From Candidatus Bathyarchaeota archaeon (GTDB lineage: Archaea; Thermoproteota; Bathyarchaeia; Bathyarchaeales; Bathycorpusculaceae), in NCBI GenBank assembly GCA_963782525.1, contig CAWAKC010000007.1, positions 64,001-128,000 on the forward strand: a DNA stretch of 64,000 bases, read 5' to 3'. A model generated the notes under the pieces. The model did not search any database, was not told the DNA's origin, and saw nothing but the letters and a program-made list of their open reading frames with translations. Positions 18,575 to 27,280 of the stretch are shown here, piece by piece. The first letter of the stretch is position 1, and every line of letters starts with the position of its first letter. Both the position numbers and the translations under genes were made by a program.

Positions 18575-20866
18575 TTAGGGCGGTGTGATGCCGTTTGCCG
18601 CGTCGTATGCTGCCCAGTCGATGCTGTAGATTGCAACTATTGGAACTAAGCCGCCGTATTGTGTTGGTGATATGTTTAGTCCAGCGAAGAATGCTTCTTT
18701 GAAGTAGGTTGGCTGCGTGGTTGTCATGTCGGGTGTTACGGTGATTTGGTTGTTTGTCGCTTGAGTTATGGTGTTGCAGTATTGTACTTCTGCGTAGTTG
18801 AGCAGTTCTTCTACGGTGCAGTTCAAGCCCTGGTCATTCCATTCCCATCTGTTGGTCTGTTGATTGACTGCGCCAAATGTTGTTTCGTTGGTCCAAGCCG
18901 TTGCGGGGTCCATAAAGCCTTGGTCGATGAGTCTTTGTTTGTCTGTTCCTGAAATTCTTGCCATCCATGTCCATTTGCCTTCATCACCGTATCCGGCTGG
19001 GTATGCTACATAGCTTGAAGAGCCACTGCTAGCTTGAGAAATGCCTAAGACCTCGAAGACTGCAATGTACTTAACGCGGTCTTGGCCATAGCTGTTAAGC
19101 ATCTTCATTGATTCGTTCTCATTACCCATGAATATGAAACCATCATTAGCTATCTGAGTGCTGTTTGTAGTAGTGTTATCTGCCAAGCTAGTTACGTTTC
19201 CAAGATCAGACAGCCAGTTACCATAGTCCCACCACATAACGATAACTTGGTTTGAGGGAACGGTTCCGTGCATCCAATCTATTGCGTCAAGCCATGCTCT
19301 TACTGGTTGTGTGAGACCTGCGCCCCCAACTGGAAGGCTTGAGCCGCTGATAGCTGTTGGTGTGTAAGCTTGCGATATTGATCGGGGCTCGCCTCCTGTT
19401 TGGGGTGAGAAAGCGAGACTTGTCACCAGAAGCAGGAATATGATGAGTACGGCGACACCGCTGTATTCTTTGCTTACGCGTGGCATCCGCCGTTTTGATT
19501 TTATCAAAGTTTTCGGTGCTTCCTTCAGTAATGTGACGAACGGTTTTAGCATGGTAACGATTCCTATGCCCGCTATGATGCCGAAAGCTGGGGCAAAGAG
19601 AACTAATAGACGAATCATTGAGGCTGCGAAGTAGAGTGAGGTTACCGCGAAGAGAAGTAGGAAGATGTTGCGGTTAGTCGGGTTCTTAAGGGTGAAGTAT
19701 AAGCCTATTAGGAAAAATAACACGGTGATGCCGACTTCAAGGTAGAGATTTCCCCATGCAGCGATTCTTTGTTCTGCTACTGAATCAATTAGGGGTGAAC
19801 CAGCCCTTATGAAGGGGTCTAAGACGGTGACGAATTTACCTGTGATTCCGCCGATCAGTCCAGTTGCAGCTAAACCGACTATGCCTGCAATTATAGCTAC
19901 CATAGTTGCTATGGCTAACGTAAGTTTATTTTTCATTGATATGTTGTTTCGCAGAACCTCTGCAACAATGAGTATGATAAACACTGCTGCAACAGGGAGA
20001 ATGGCTCCCGAGGTAACATAAGCCGTTGTGATGTAAGGAACTCTGGTTCCGATAAATAAGGCTAAACCGAAGGTTATGCTGTAGTTAACAAGCATTCTTG
20101 GGGTGTACCGCTTTAGCAAGACCAAAACAAAGACGAATAGGACTGCTAAATCAATCAAGTAGTAAGCTGCGCCCCAACCTGCAATAAAATATGCCAATGA
20201 AGCAGCCGCACCTAACGAATATAGTAATGACGCACGCATGGACCTGTTGCTGTCAAGGGACCGCAAGAACAGGAAAATAAACAGTACTAGCCCAAGGACA
20301 CCAGGCACTTCGGTATCAAAAAATCCCAATGAGCTTCTTTGTAAAAATGATGGTGCCATAGCAAGGAATAAGGCAGCGAATAGACCAACTGCTTTTCCAC
20401 CCATATCTTTGCCGATAAGGTAGAGAATTGTGCAAGAGACGACAGCCACTAAAGCCGGAAATATTGCGCAGAAGGTCATTAAATCAATTTTTGCGCCAAA
20501 CAAAGATATAACTTGGAATACTGCAGCGGCTGACATGGGCAGAGCGGGCAACGCTGTGGACATATCTAATCCGTCTGGATACCATTTCTGAGTGTTTATC
20601 CAGTGAGTTGGCCAATAGGGTGAAAGTAAGCCGTTTTGAACCATATGCTGAGTAATGCTGAATTGATAATAGGGATCAAACTCGTTGAGAAGAGATGTGC
20701 CTCCAGAGAGGTTTTCCCAACGTAACGGTAGAATACGCACTGTGAATGCAACAAAGAGAATCGTGATTAATGCTGCAAACGCAATGATTGAACCGTGGCT
20801 AACTTGAAGTCTTAATCTGCTGAAAACGGATAAGCTACCTAGTCGTTCCTTAATTCCTTCGCCCAC
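18575..20866 (-). CDS. aglB: Oligosaccharyltransferase catalytic subunit AglB/STT3
   Basis: EFDPY, GFFDTE, SVAEQ, WWDYG, DNTT and DEGKWTWM (DK motif). Confidence 0.96.
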   Translation of the reverse strand: MGEGIKERLGSLSVFSRLRLQVSHGSIIAFAALITILFVAFTVRILPLRWENLSGGTSLLNEFDPYYQFSITQHMVQNGLLSPYWPTHWINTQKWYPDGLDMSTALPALPMSAAAVFQVISLFGAKIDLMTFCAIFPALVAVVSCTILYLIGKDMGGKAVGLFAALFLAMAPSFLQRSSLGFFDTEVPGVLGLVLFIFLFLRSLDSNRSMRASLLYSLGAAASLAYFIAGWGAAYYLIDLAVLFVFVLVLLKRYTPRMLVNYSITFGLALFIGTRVPYITTAYVTSGAILPVAAVFIILIVAEVLRNNISMKNKLTLAIATMVAIIAGIVGLAATGLIGGITGKFVTVLDPFIRAGSPLIDSVAEQRIAAWGNLYLEVGITVLFFLIGLYFTLKNPTNRNIFLLLFAVTSLYFAASMIRLLVLFAPAFGIIAGIGIVTMLKPFVTLLKEAPKTLIKSKRRMPRVSKEYSGVAVLIIFLLLVTSLAFSPQTGGEPRSISQAYTPTAISGSSLPVGGAGLTQPVRAWLDAIDWMHGTVPSNQVIVMWWDYGNWLSDLGNVTSLADNTTTNSTQIANDGFIFMGNENESMKMLNSYGQDRVKYIAVFEVLGISQASSGSSSYVAYPAGYGDEGKWTWMARISGTDKQRLIDQGFMDPATAWTNETTFGAVNQQTNRWEWNDQGLNCTVEELLNYAEVQYCNTITQATNNQITVTPDMTTTQPTYFKEAFFAGLNISPTQYGGLVPIVAIYSIDWAAYDAANGITPP

Positions 20867-20992
20867 TTTAAGCCATCTCTTCCAAATGTATATTGCGATT
20901 GTACTATTTTACACATTGGCGATTTATTTATGGCTTTCCAAAACCCCCAAACAATGAGCCACGATACCCGACGCATTCGTGTCAGGCTTTTT

Positions 20993-21162
20993 AATTAGTT
21001 TACTAAACCATAACAGCCCATTACAACCAAAAATTAAATCGCTTTTCCTTAAAAAAGGCACATAACCGATTAAAGCCAGCTTATAAAAGGACAATTAGTT
21101 TTCAAATTATTCAATTCTGCAAACTGCCTTGACAAAAGCAACGTGCAACAAATTAGTTTACT
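20993..21162. promoter_or_regulatory. Cluster of AATTAGTTTACT motifs, candidate transcription-factor sites
   Basis: Exact copies at 20993 and 21151, a variant at 21093 and another exact copy at 12191; all intergenic. Confidence 0.4.
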
Positions 21163-21199
21163 ATGCGGAGGCAGGTTTGCAGATTTTTGCGGTTTTCTT

Positions 21200-21370
21200 T
21201 CAACGCTTGTTCACGGGTTTAACTTCAACATCCTGAGGCAAAAGTGATAGTTTTCGGTCGCATTTTGGACATTTTCCCCCGTGAAGGGCAATAACCTCAT
21301 CTGGCGGTTTAAGGTCTTTGCCTTCATATAAAACGTGTTTGCATCCATGGCAAATTACGCGTTGTGGCAT
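21200..21370 (-). CDS. 56-aa zinc-ribbon protein
   Basis: My translation MPQRVICHGCKHVLYEGKDLKPPDEVIALHGGKCPKCDRKLSLLPQDVEVKPVNKR, two CxxC pairs. Confidence 0.75.
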   Translation of the reverse strand: MPQRVICHGCKHVLYEGKDLKPPDEVIALHGGKCPKCDRKLSLLPQDVEVKPVNKR

Positions 21371-21508
21371 CCGAATCCCCCATAATTACACGGATGGGAG
21401 ATATTTATTGGTTGCTAAAAATTTTAGATCTTTGTTAACTGTGTATTTGCTGTAAAGCTTATAATTGGAAACACATTTTGAATGTTAATGTGTGTGGTTC
21501 ATAAGTGT

Positions 21509-23581
21509 TTGAATAAATATACTTTGGTCATCACGGAAAAACCTGATGCAGCAAGCAGGATAGCCACGGCGTTGGATGTTGAGGGAAAACCGAAAAAAAC
21601 CGTAAGCAACGGTGTGCCGCACTATCTTGCATATAGAGATGGTAATATAATTGTGGTTCCAGCGCTGGGACACTTATACACAATTACAGGCAAAGAAAAA
21701 GGGCGAACCTACCCCGTCTTCGATTATCAATGGGTTCCAAAGTATCTGGCTGAGCGTGGCGCTTCCAGAATTCGGGTTTGGCTAAAAGTCATCGCTCAAC
21801 TCGCGAAAGACGCCGAGGAGTTTGTGGATGCCTGCGACTTTGACATCGAAGGCAGCATCATAGGATACACCATCCTAAAGTACGCTTGCAACGGCAAAGA
21901 AAAAGCGGCTAAACGGATGAAGTATTCAACCCTGACTAAAGAAGAACTTCAAGAATCATACTCCACCCTACTTCCAAACTTGGATTTTGAGCTCATAGAG
22001 GCAGGATTAACCCGACATGAAGTAGACTGGTTATACGGCATAAACCTCTCACGTGCCCTAACTCAAGCCGCCAAAAACTGCAGCGGACAATACGCAACCC
22101 TCAGTACAGGCAGAGTTCAGGGACCAACGTTAAAGTTTCTTGAAATGCGGGAAAAAACCATAAACTGCTTCGTTCCCACCCCCTACTGGACATTATCAGC
22201 AAAAATAGCGATTGACGACAAGATCTTTGAAGTTGAATACGAAAAAACCCTTGAAAACAAAACAGCGGCAACAGCGCTAAAAGATGCGTGTAAAACAAGG
22301 GAAGGCAAAATAGAGGCCGTTGAAGTAAAAGAGTTCAGCCAGCTGCCTCCGACGCCGTTTGATTTGGGTTCTTTGCAGAGTGAAGCTTACCGTATCTTCA
22401 AGTACACACCTATGCGAACCTCAAGCGTTGCACAACAACTGTACATGGAAGCGTTGATTTCTTATCCTCGGACAAGCAGCCAAAAACTACCACCATCAAT
22501 TGGCTACAAGAACATACTTAAAAAACTCCAAAAAGCCCCAGCCTACAACAAACATACAGCTGACTTACTGTCCAAAGCCTCGTTGAAACCAAACGAAGGC
22601 AAAAAGTATGACCCAGCGCACCCAGCCATTTACCCAACGGGGAACCTACCAGAAAAACCCTTTGACGCCGCTGAAAGAAACATCTTTGACTTGGTGGTTA
22701 AACGGTTTTTAGCTGTTTTCGGTGAACCCTCCGTCCAGCAAAGCATCAACGTAAAAATCAACATAAACGGATACTTTTTCCTTCTCGATGCAACGCGGAC
22801 ATTGATTGAAGGATGGATGCGGTTCTACAAGCCCTATATCCAGTCAAAAGAGGCATCTTTGCCAGCTTTAGTTGAGGGACAAAAAGTCAGTGTTAAACAA
22901 GTAAAACTAAAAGATAATTTCACAAAGCCACCGACACCATACAACCCCCGCAGTTTACTGTTAAAGATGGAGAAAGAAGAAATCGGAACCAAAGCGACAC
23001 GAGCCGCAATCATCCAAACACTTTACGACCGCAAATACTTAAGCGGCACAACCAACCTATCAATTAGCGACCTCGGCTTTGATGTCATTGAAGTCCTCCA
23101 AAATTTTTGCCCCACCGTGGTCTCTTCAGAAATGACAAGAACTCTGGAAAAGAGAATGGAGGCAATCCAACAGGGCAAAGAAAATAAACAAAAAGTCCTG
23201 CAAGACACCACCGAAACTCTAAAACTTGTAATATCCGAACTCAAAGAAAAAGAAGCCGAAATAGGCGCACGGTTAAGCAAAACACTCCAGCAAGGACGAC
23301 TTGACGAACGAACCGTTGGGGCATGCACCAAATGCTCCGATGGGAAACTGGTGATTTTGCGTTCGAAAAAATCTGGCAAACGCTTTGTGGGCTGCACAAA
23401 CTATTTTGAAGGCAAATGTACCACCACGTTTCCGTTGCCGCAAACTGGAACCGTTAAGCCACTGGGAACTGTTTGCAAAAGTTGCGGTTCACCCATCGTA
23501 GCGGTATATCAGCGGGGAAGATATCCTTGGAGACTTTGCCTCAACATCAATTGCCCAACAAAAGGAGAAAGTAAACCTTGA
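21509..23581 (+). CDS. topA: Type IA DNA topoisomerase
   Basis: LVITEKP, DACDFDIEG, STGRVQ, catalytic LISYPRT, C-terminal zinc ribbons; TTG at 21509 preferred over track start 21482. Confidence 0.95.
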   Translation: MNKYTLVITEKPDAASRIATALDVEGKPKKTVSNGVPHYLAYRDGNIIVVPALGHLYTITGKEKGRTYPVFDYQWVPKYLAERGASRIRVWLKVIAQLAKDAEEFVDACDFDIEGSIIGYTILKYACNGKEKAAKRMKYSTLTKEELQESYSTLLPNLDFELIEAGLTRHEVDWLYGINLSRALTQAAKNCSGQYATLSTGRVQGPTLKFLEMREKTINCFVPTPYWTLSAKIAIDDKIFEVEYEKTLENKTAATALKDACKTREGKIEAVEVKEFSQLPPTPFDLGSLQSEAYRIFKYTPMRTSSVAQQLYMEALISYPRTSSQKLPPSIGYKNILKKLQKAPAYNKHTADLLSKASLKPNEGKKYDPAHPAIYPTGNLPEKPFDAAERNIFDLVVKRFLAVFGEPSVQQSINVKININGYFFLLDATRTLIEGWMRFYKPYIQSKEASLPALVEGQKVSVKQVKLKDNFTKPPTPYNPRSLLLKMEKEEIGTKATRAAIIQTLYDRKYLSGTTNLSISDLGFDVIEVLQNFCPTVVSSEMTRTLEKRMEAIQQGKENKQKVLQDTTETLKLVISELKEKEAEIGARLSKTLQQGRLDERTVGACTKCSDGKLVILRSKKSGKRFVGCTNYFEGKCTTTFPLPQTGTVKPLGTVCKSCGSPIVAVYQRGRYPWRLCLNINCPTKGESKP

Positions 23582-23796
23582 ACTGCAAACTATGCAACAG
23601 AAATGCGAGTGAAAATGATTTTTGCCCAATGCATTCGAAGGCTTACCGCAACATACTTGACAAATTCAGGGTCTGGGAATCGGCTTTGAACGTGTCTTGG
23701 AGGGAATATTTAATTGAAATTCAGAAAAATTCATTAACTGGAGTATGGGCTAAAGATGTAGCAGAATACCTAATTGAGGAAGAGAACCAAAAATGA
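23578..23796 (+). CDS. Small protein with CxxC...CxxH zinc knuckle
   Basis: CKLC...CPMH; overlaps both neighbours by 4 nt. Confidence 0.75.
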   Translation: MNCKLCNRNASENDFCPMHSKAYRNILDKFRVWESALNVSWREYLIEIQKNSLTGVWAKDVAEYLIEEENQK

Positions 23797-24218
23797 CCAG
23801 CAAACTAAAGAAAAGTTCAGAATCTATGTCGTTTTCACTCAGCCGATGGTTCAGAAAATTTAGCCAGAATACACCAACAGCCGCCATCATAACAGCTGTC
23901 GGCATATTCTATGCAGTATTTCTCTTCGGCGGCGGATTGTACACACTAATTAATCATCCACAACCGTCAGCCTACGTTAACAACCAATTCTACTTCCTCT
24001 ATCCAGACATAAGTTCCCAATTCATATCTGACACTTTAATTTCGGTTACACTCTATGTGCTGGGATTCGCGGGGTTACTCGCCATTTACCAAAGCACAAA
24101 GAGTGCGTATAAACCAAGACAAGCTTACATGCTGTTGATTGTCGGCGTGGCGCTATTGCTGTTATCATACGTGTTCTTAGAAGGATCAATCTCGTTCAAA
24201 GCAAACCGCGGAGCATAA
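23793..24218 (+). CDS. OSTC/DC2 (OST3/OST6 membrane domain)-like 3-TM protein
   Basis: FLFGGGLYTLINHP...FLY...SQFISD.LISVTLYVLG.AGL resembles eukaryotic OSTC FLITGGIIYDVIVEP...FL...GQYIME.LASSFLFTMG.LG (recalled). Confidence 0.6.
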   Translation: MTSKLKKSSESMSFSLSRWFRKFSQNTPTAAIITAVGIFYAVFLFGGGLYTLINHPQPSAYVNNQFYFLYPDISSQFISDTLISVTLYVLGFAGLLAIYQSTKSAYKPRQAYMLLIVGVALLLLSYVFLEGSISFKANRGA

Positions 24219-24267
24219 TTTTTTTTTCTCCGCTAAAAAATTTCTTTTATTTTTTGAAGTTTAAAAT

Positions 24268-24780
24268 TTACCAAGGATTTTTCTTCAACTTCATTTTATA
24301 CGCTAAAAAGTTAGTGAACAAGTGGATAGGCGGAGTAATCAACAGTACCGTTGCGGCTACGTCCCAGCCGATCAAGGCTAAGGGAAGCGAAAACACAACA
24401 GCTCCAACTACAAAGTCAATCTGATCCACAATGGGCAACAAGCCGCCTGGTTTAATGCCTATGCGGCGTTTTATGAAGGCACCTGTCAAGTCTCCCAGAA
24501 GTGCGCCCAACGGAATAAGCAAAGCAAATAGAATGGGATAGTTTTGGAAACCGAAGGCAAAGCCCTCCATCAACCCCACCGCGAAGCCCACGCCCCAGCC
24601 GAAGAAGAACCCGCGAAAGGTCTTATTGTTCCCAAAGATACGCTTGCCATCCACGAAGTTTCTACCGAAATCCATCTTGGTGCCGCCTCCCGCCAAAACT
24701 GGGGTGGCATTAGCGCAGTAAGCGGGGAAAATAAATTTTAGGGCTTCAACGATCAGCAGTGCAACATCCATGTGGTTCAA
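24268..24780 (-). CDS. carS: CDP-archaeol synthase
   Basis: PAYCANATPV, DGKRIFG..KT, GDL.GAFIKRR, DQIDF. Confidence 0.93.
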   Translation of the reverse strand: MNHMDVALLIVEALKFIFPAYCANATPVLAGGGTKMDFGRNFVDGKRIFGNNKTFRGFFFGWGVGFAVGLMEGFAFGFQNYPILFALLIPLGALLGDLTGAFIKRRIGIKPGGLLPIVDQIDFVVGAVVFSLPLALIGWDVAATVLLITPPIHLFTNFLAYKMKLKKNPW

Positions 24781-24783
24781 CCA

Positions 24784-25488
24784 TTAACTGTGAAATTGTG
24801 TATCTTGTATTCCCTTTTCACCTATTTGTACATAACACATCTTTCCCTGTTCAACCTCACGTGTTTTCTCCAAATCCACCTTGATTGTTTTGGGGTTATC
24901 GGTAGGTTTGAACGCAATTATTGTGTCCGCCCAAAACTTTAGAACACGCGTAGCCACAGGCCGAACGCTTGAGTTCTGGTCGCTTAGAACGCTTCGCACT
25001 TGACTGGTTATTATTACTGGGATTTTGCGGATTTTCACGAGTTGCGCCAAAATTGCTAGTTGCCGGTTTAACTCCCGGTTAACGCCGAACCCTCTTGTTT
25101 TGCTCGAGGTTTCGCTGACTTTTGCGCTGTAGAGCGAGGTGAACGTGTCAATTATTATCAAGCCCACATTGCCAACTGCATAATCTTGGATTTGGTCTAC
25201 GACTGCGATTTGTTCCTTAAATTCCTTGGGCTTCACAAGAATAATTCGTTCAGCAACCTCATCGAATTTGTCGCCTGAAATCTGAGCGAGCCTCTTGGCG
25301 TAGAAAGTGTTGTCGCAGTCGATATAGAGGACTTTTTGGTTGTTGGTTGCACAGTGGAAGGCACATTGCATTGCAAAGGTTGTTTTTCCCGTTTCAGGTT
25401 CGCCGTAAACCAATGTGACCGTGTCAGGCAAGATCCCTCCGCCTATGGTTGCGTCAATGCATTTGCTACCTGTGGAGATTTTATCCAT
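24784..25488 (-). CDS. radB: RadB-type RecA-family ATPase
   Basis: STGS..ID..IGGG, GEPETGKT, IIIDT, ITSQV; 234 aa with no RadA N-terminal domain. Confidence 0.8.
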   Translation of the reverse strand: MDKISTGSKCIDATIGGGILPDTVTLVYGEPETGKTTFAMQCAFHCATNNQKVLYIDCDNTFYAKRLAQISGDKFDEVAERIILVKPKEFKEQIAVVDQIQDYAVGNVGLIIIDTFTSLYSAKVSETSSKTRGFGVNRELNRQLAILAQLVKIRKIPVIITSQVRSVLSDQNSSVRPVATRVLKFWADTIIAFKPTDNPKTIKVDLEKTREVEQGKMCYVQIGEKGIQDTQFHS

Positions 25489-25563
25489 GCGCTACACGTC
25501 AGGATTATTAGTTTGAAGCTAGTAATGTGTTTTGCACTTAAACGTATACTTTAAGGTTGCTTT

Positions 25564-26235
25564 ATGATTGAAAAAGTTGCTGCGGCAACGGTGCAAGGCA
25601 AAACCTACTTCCTCATAGTTAACAAATTACAGGAGCAAAACATTCCTTTTATCAGTTTAGTGCCCGGAGAATCCGTTCCCCATAGGATTGTGGTAGTCAT
25701 AACCTCTGAGCAAGAAAAACACTTAATTAACCATCAGAAAATCTTAGTTTTAAGTGACGAAGCGGAACTTGATTGTTTAATTGAGCACATAAAGGTGCTA
25801 CTTTTGGGAAAAGAAGCATACAAAAAAATTGTAGTCGGTATTGACCCAGGTGTATCGGTTGGGTTGGTTGCGCTTGCAGACGGAAAAGTTATTGAACAAG
25901 GTAACTGTTTTAGCAATAAAGAAATAATCGACAGCATCCTAAAGATTACAAAAAACATTGACTTGGCAGTAACCCGTGTTTCTGTTAAGATTGGCAACGG
26001 TGTCCCAATATACAAGGAAATGCTCGAAGATTTAGACCAAGCCTTGCCGCCTCAAGTCGTCTTGGAAGTCGTGAGCGAGGCGGGAACTAACAAACCTTTA
26101 AAAGAAAACAAGCGTAGCAGAGGAGTTAGGCATATCGCCTCAGCCAAACGCATAGCTGGAAGAGTAGGAAATATCTGTCCAAGGAGAAAAATAATTGCAG
26201 CACACAATCGAACCCAACAAAACAATGTTAGTTGA
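25564..26235 (+). CDS. Hypothetical protein with RNase H-like (YqgF/RuvC-type) domain
   Basis: IVVGIDPG..VG, VKIGNG, VSEAGT, H..SA..IA. Confidence 0.6.
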   Translation: MIEKVAAATVQGKTYFLIVNKLQEQNIPFISLVPGESVPHRIVVVITSEQEKHLINHQKILVLSDEAELDCLIEHIKVLLLGKEAYKKIVVGIDPGVSVGLVALADGKVIEQGNCFSNKEIIDSILKITKNIDLAVTRVSVKIGNGVPIYKEMLEDLDQALPPQVVLEVVSEAGTNKPLKENKRSRGVRHIASAKRIAGRVGNICPRRKIIAAHNRTQQNNVS

Positions 26236-27280
26236 TGGTCCAGCGTCAGTGCGGCTTCTCACGGGAAAAGCTGAAGTTTTCGGCTATCCAATGAAGGAAT
26301 CCCAGAGTGTTCTGATTCTGGAAGGAAAACGGCTCCCATTTTTTATCGCTGAAAAATCAGCTTTTGACATTTCGTTAGGCCCTAATTCTGGCGTAGCTGA
26401 AACGATGGGCAGTACAAATCCGCCATCTTGGGATAAGCCTGTTGAAGCGATTTTGGGTTTACAGAAGCGCCCCGTGGTTGTTGTGATTTTAGGCGGAATC
26501 GACTGTGGAAAAAGTAGCCTTTGCACTTACCTGTTAAACAGGCTAATCGATGGCAAAAGTAAAGTAGCTGTTTTAGACGGAGACTTAGGCCAAGCTGACA
26601 TAGGTCCATCAGCCACTATAGGTTACGGAATAACTTCTAAACGCATACCTGAACTTTACAATTTAAGGCTGAGAAACGCTTTTTTTGTTGGTGTTACCTC
26701 GCCCATAACGGCTTTGTCCAAAACCATCGAGGGCTTAACCGCTATGGAGGCTGAGGTTTTGCAGGGGCAGGCTGATTTTGTTTTGGTTAACACAGATGGT
26801 TTTGTAAGCGGTGACATGGCGGTTAAATACAAAACGGATTTGGTGCAGGCACTAAAACCCGACGTTATCATTGCAATTCAAATGCAAGATGAACTAGCCC
26901 CTCTCATAGCAAGTCTACAAACTCCAGTTTTCACAGTTGAACCATCTTTTGCGCTCAAGCAGCGTCCTCCAGAAAAACGCAAAAGCCTCCGTGAAATGAC
27001 TTATGCACGTTACCTCAAGAATGCGAAACTGCAGTGCTACCCCAAAAGTCAAGTGATAATCGAACCAAGAGGAGCCATACCGAAAAAGCAGGAACCAGAA
27101 AAAGGCTTACTTGTAGGGCTGTGTGGTCGTGGAAGTAAATTTTTAGGAATCGGCGTGCTAAGGGAAATAAATCAACTTCGTAAGACCCTCAAGATTCAAA
27201 CCGCTGTTTCTACTAAACCTTTAAAAATTCTTATCGGAAAAGTTTTGGTAAACGAGAAGCTTCAGGAAGTTCAAGACTGA
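26195..27280 (+). CDS. Clp1/Grc3-like polynucleotide 5'-kinase
   Basis: GGIDCGKS, DGDLGQADIGP, VNTDG, R...RE lid. Confidence 0.87.
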   Translation: MQHTIEPNKTMLVDGPASVRLLTGKAEVFGYPMKESQSVLILEGKRLPFFIAEKSAFDISLGPNSGVAETMGSTNPPSWDKPVEAILGLQKRPVVVVILGGIDCGKSSLCTYLLNRLIDGKSKVAVLDGDLGQADIGPSATIGYGITSKRIPELYNLRLRNAFFVGVTSPITALSKTIEGLTAMEAEVLQGQADFVLVNTDGFVSGDMAVKYKTDLVQALKPDVIIAIQMQDELAPLIASLQTPVFTVEPSFALKQRPPEKRKSLREMTYARYLKNAKLQCYPKSQVIIEPRGAIPKKQEPEKGLLVGLCGRGSKFLGIGVLREINQLRKTLKIQTAVSTKPLKILIGKVLVNEKLQEVQD

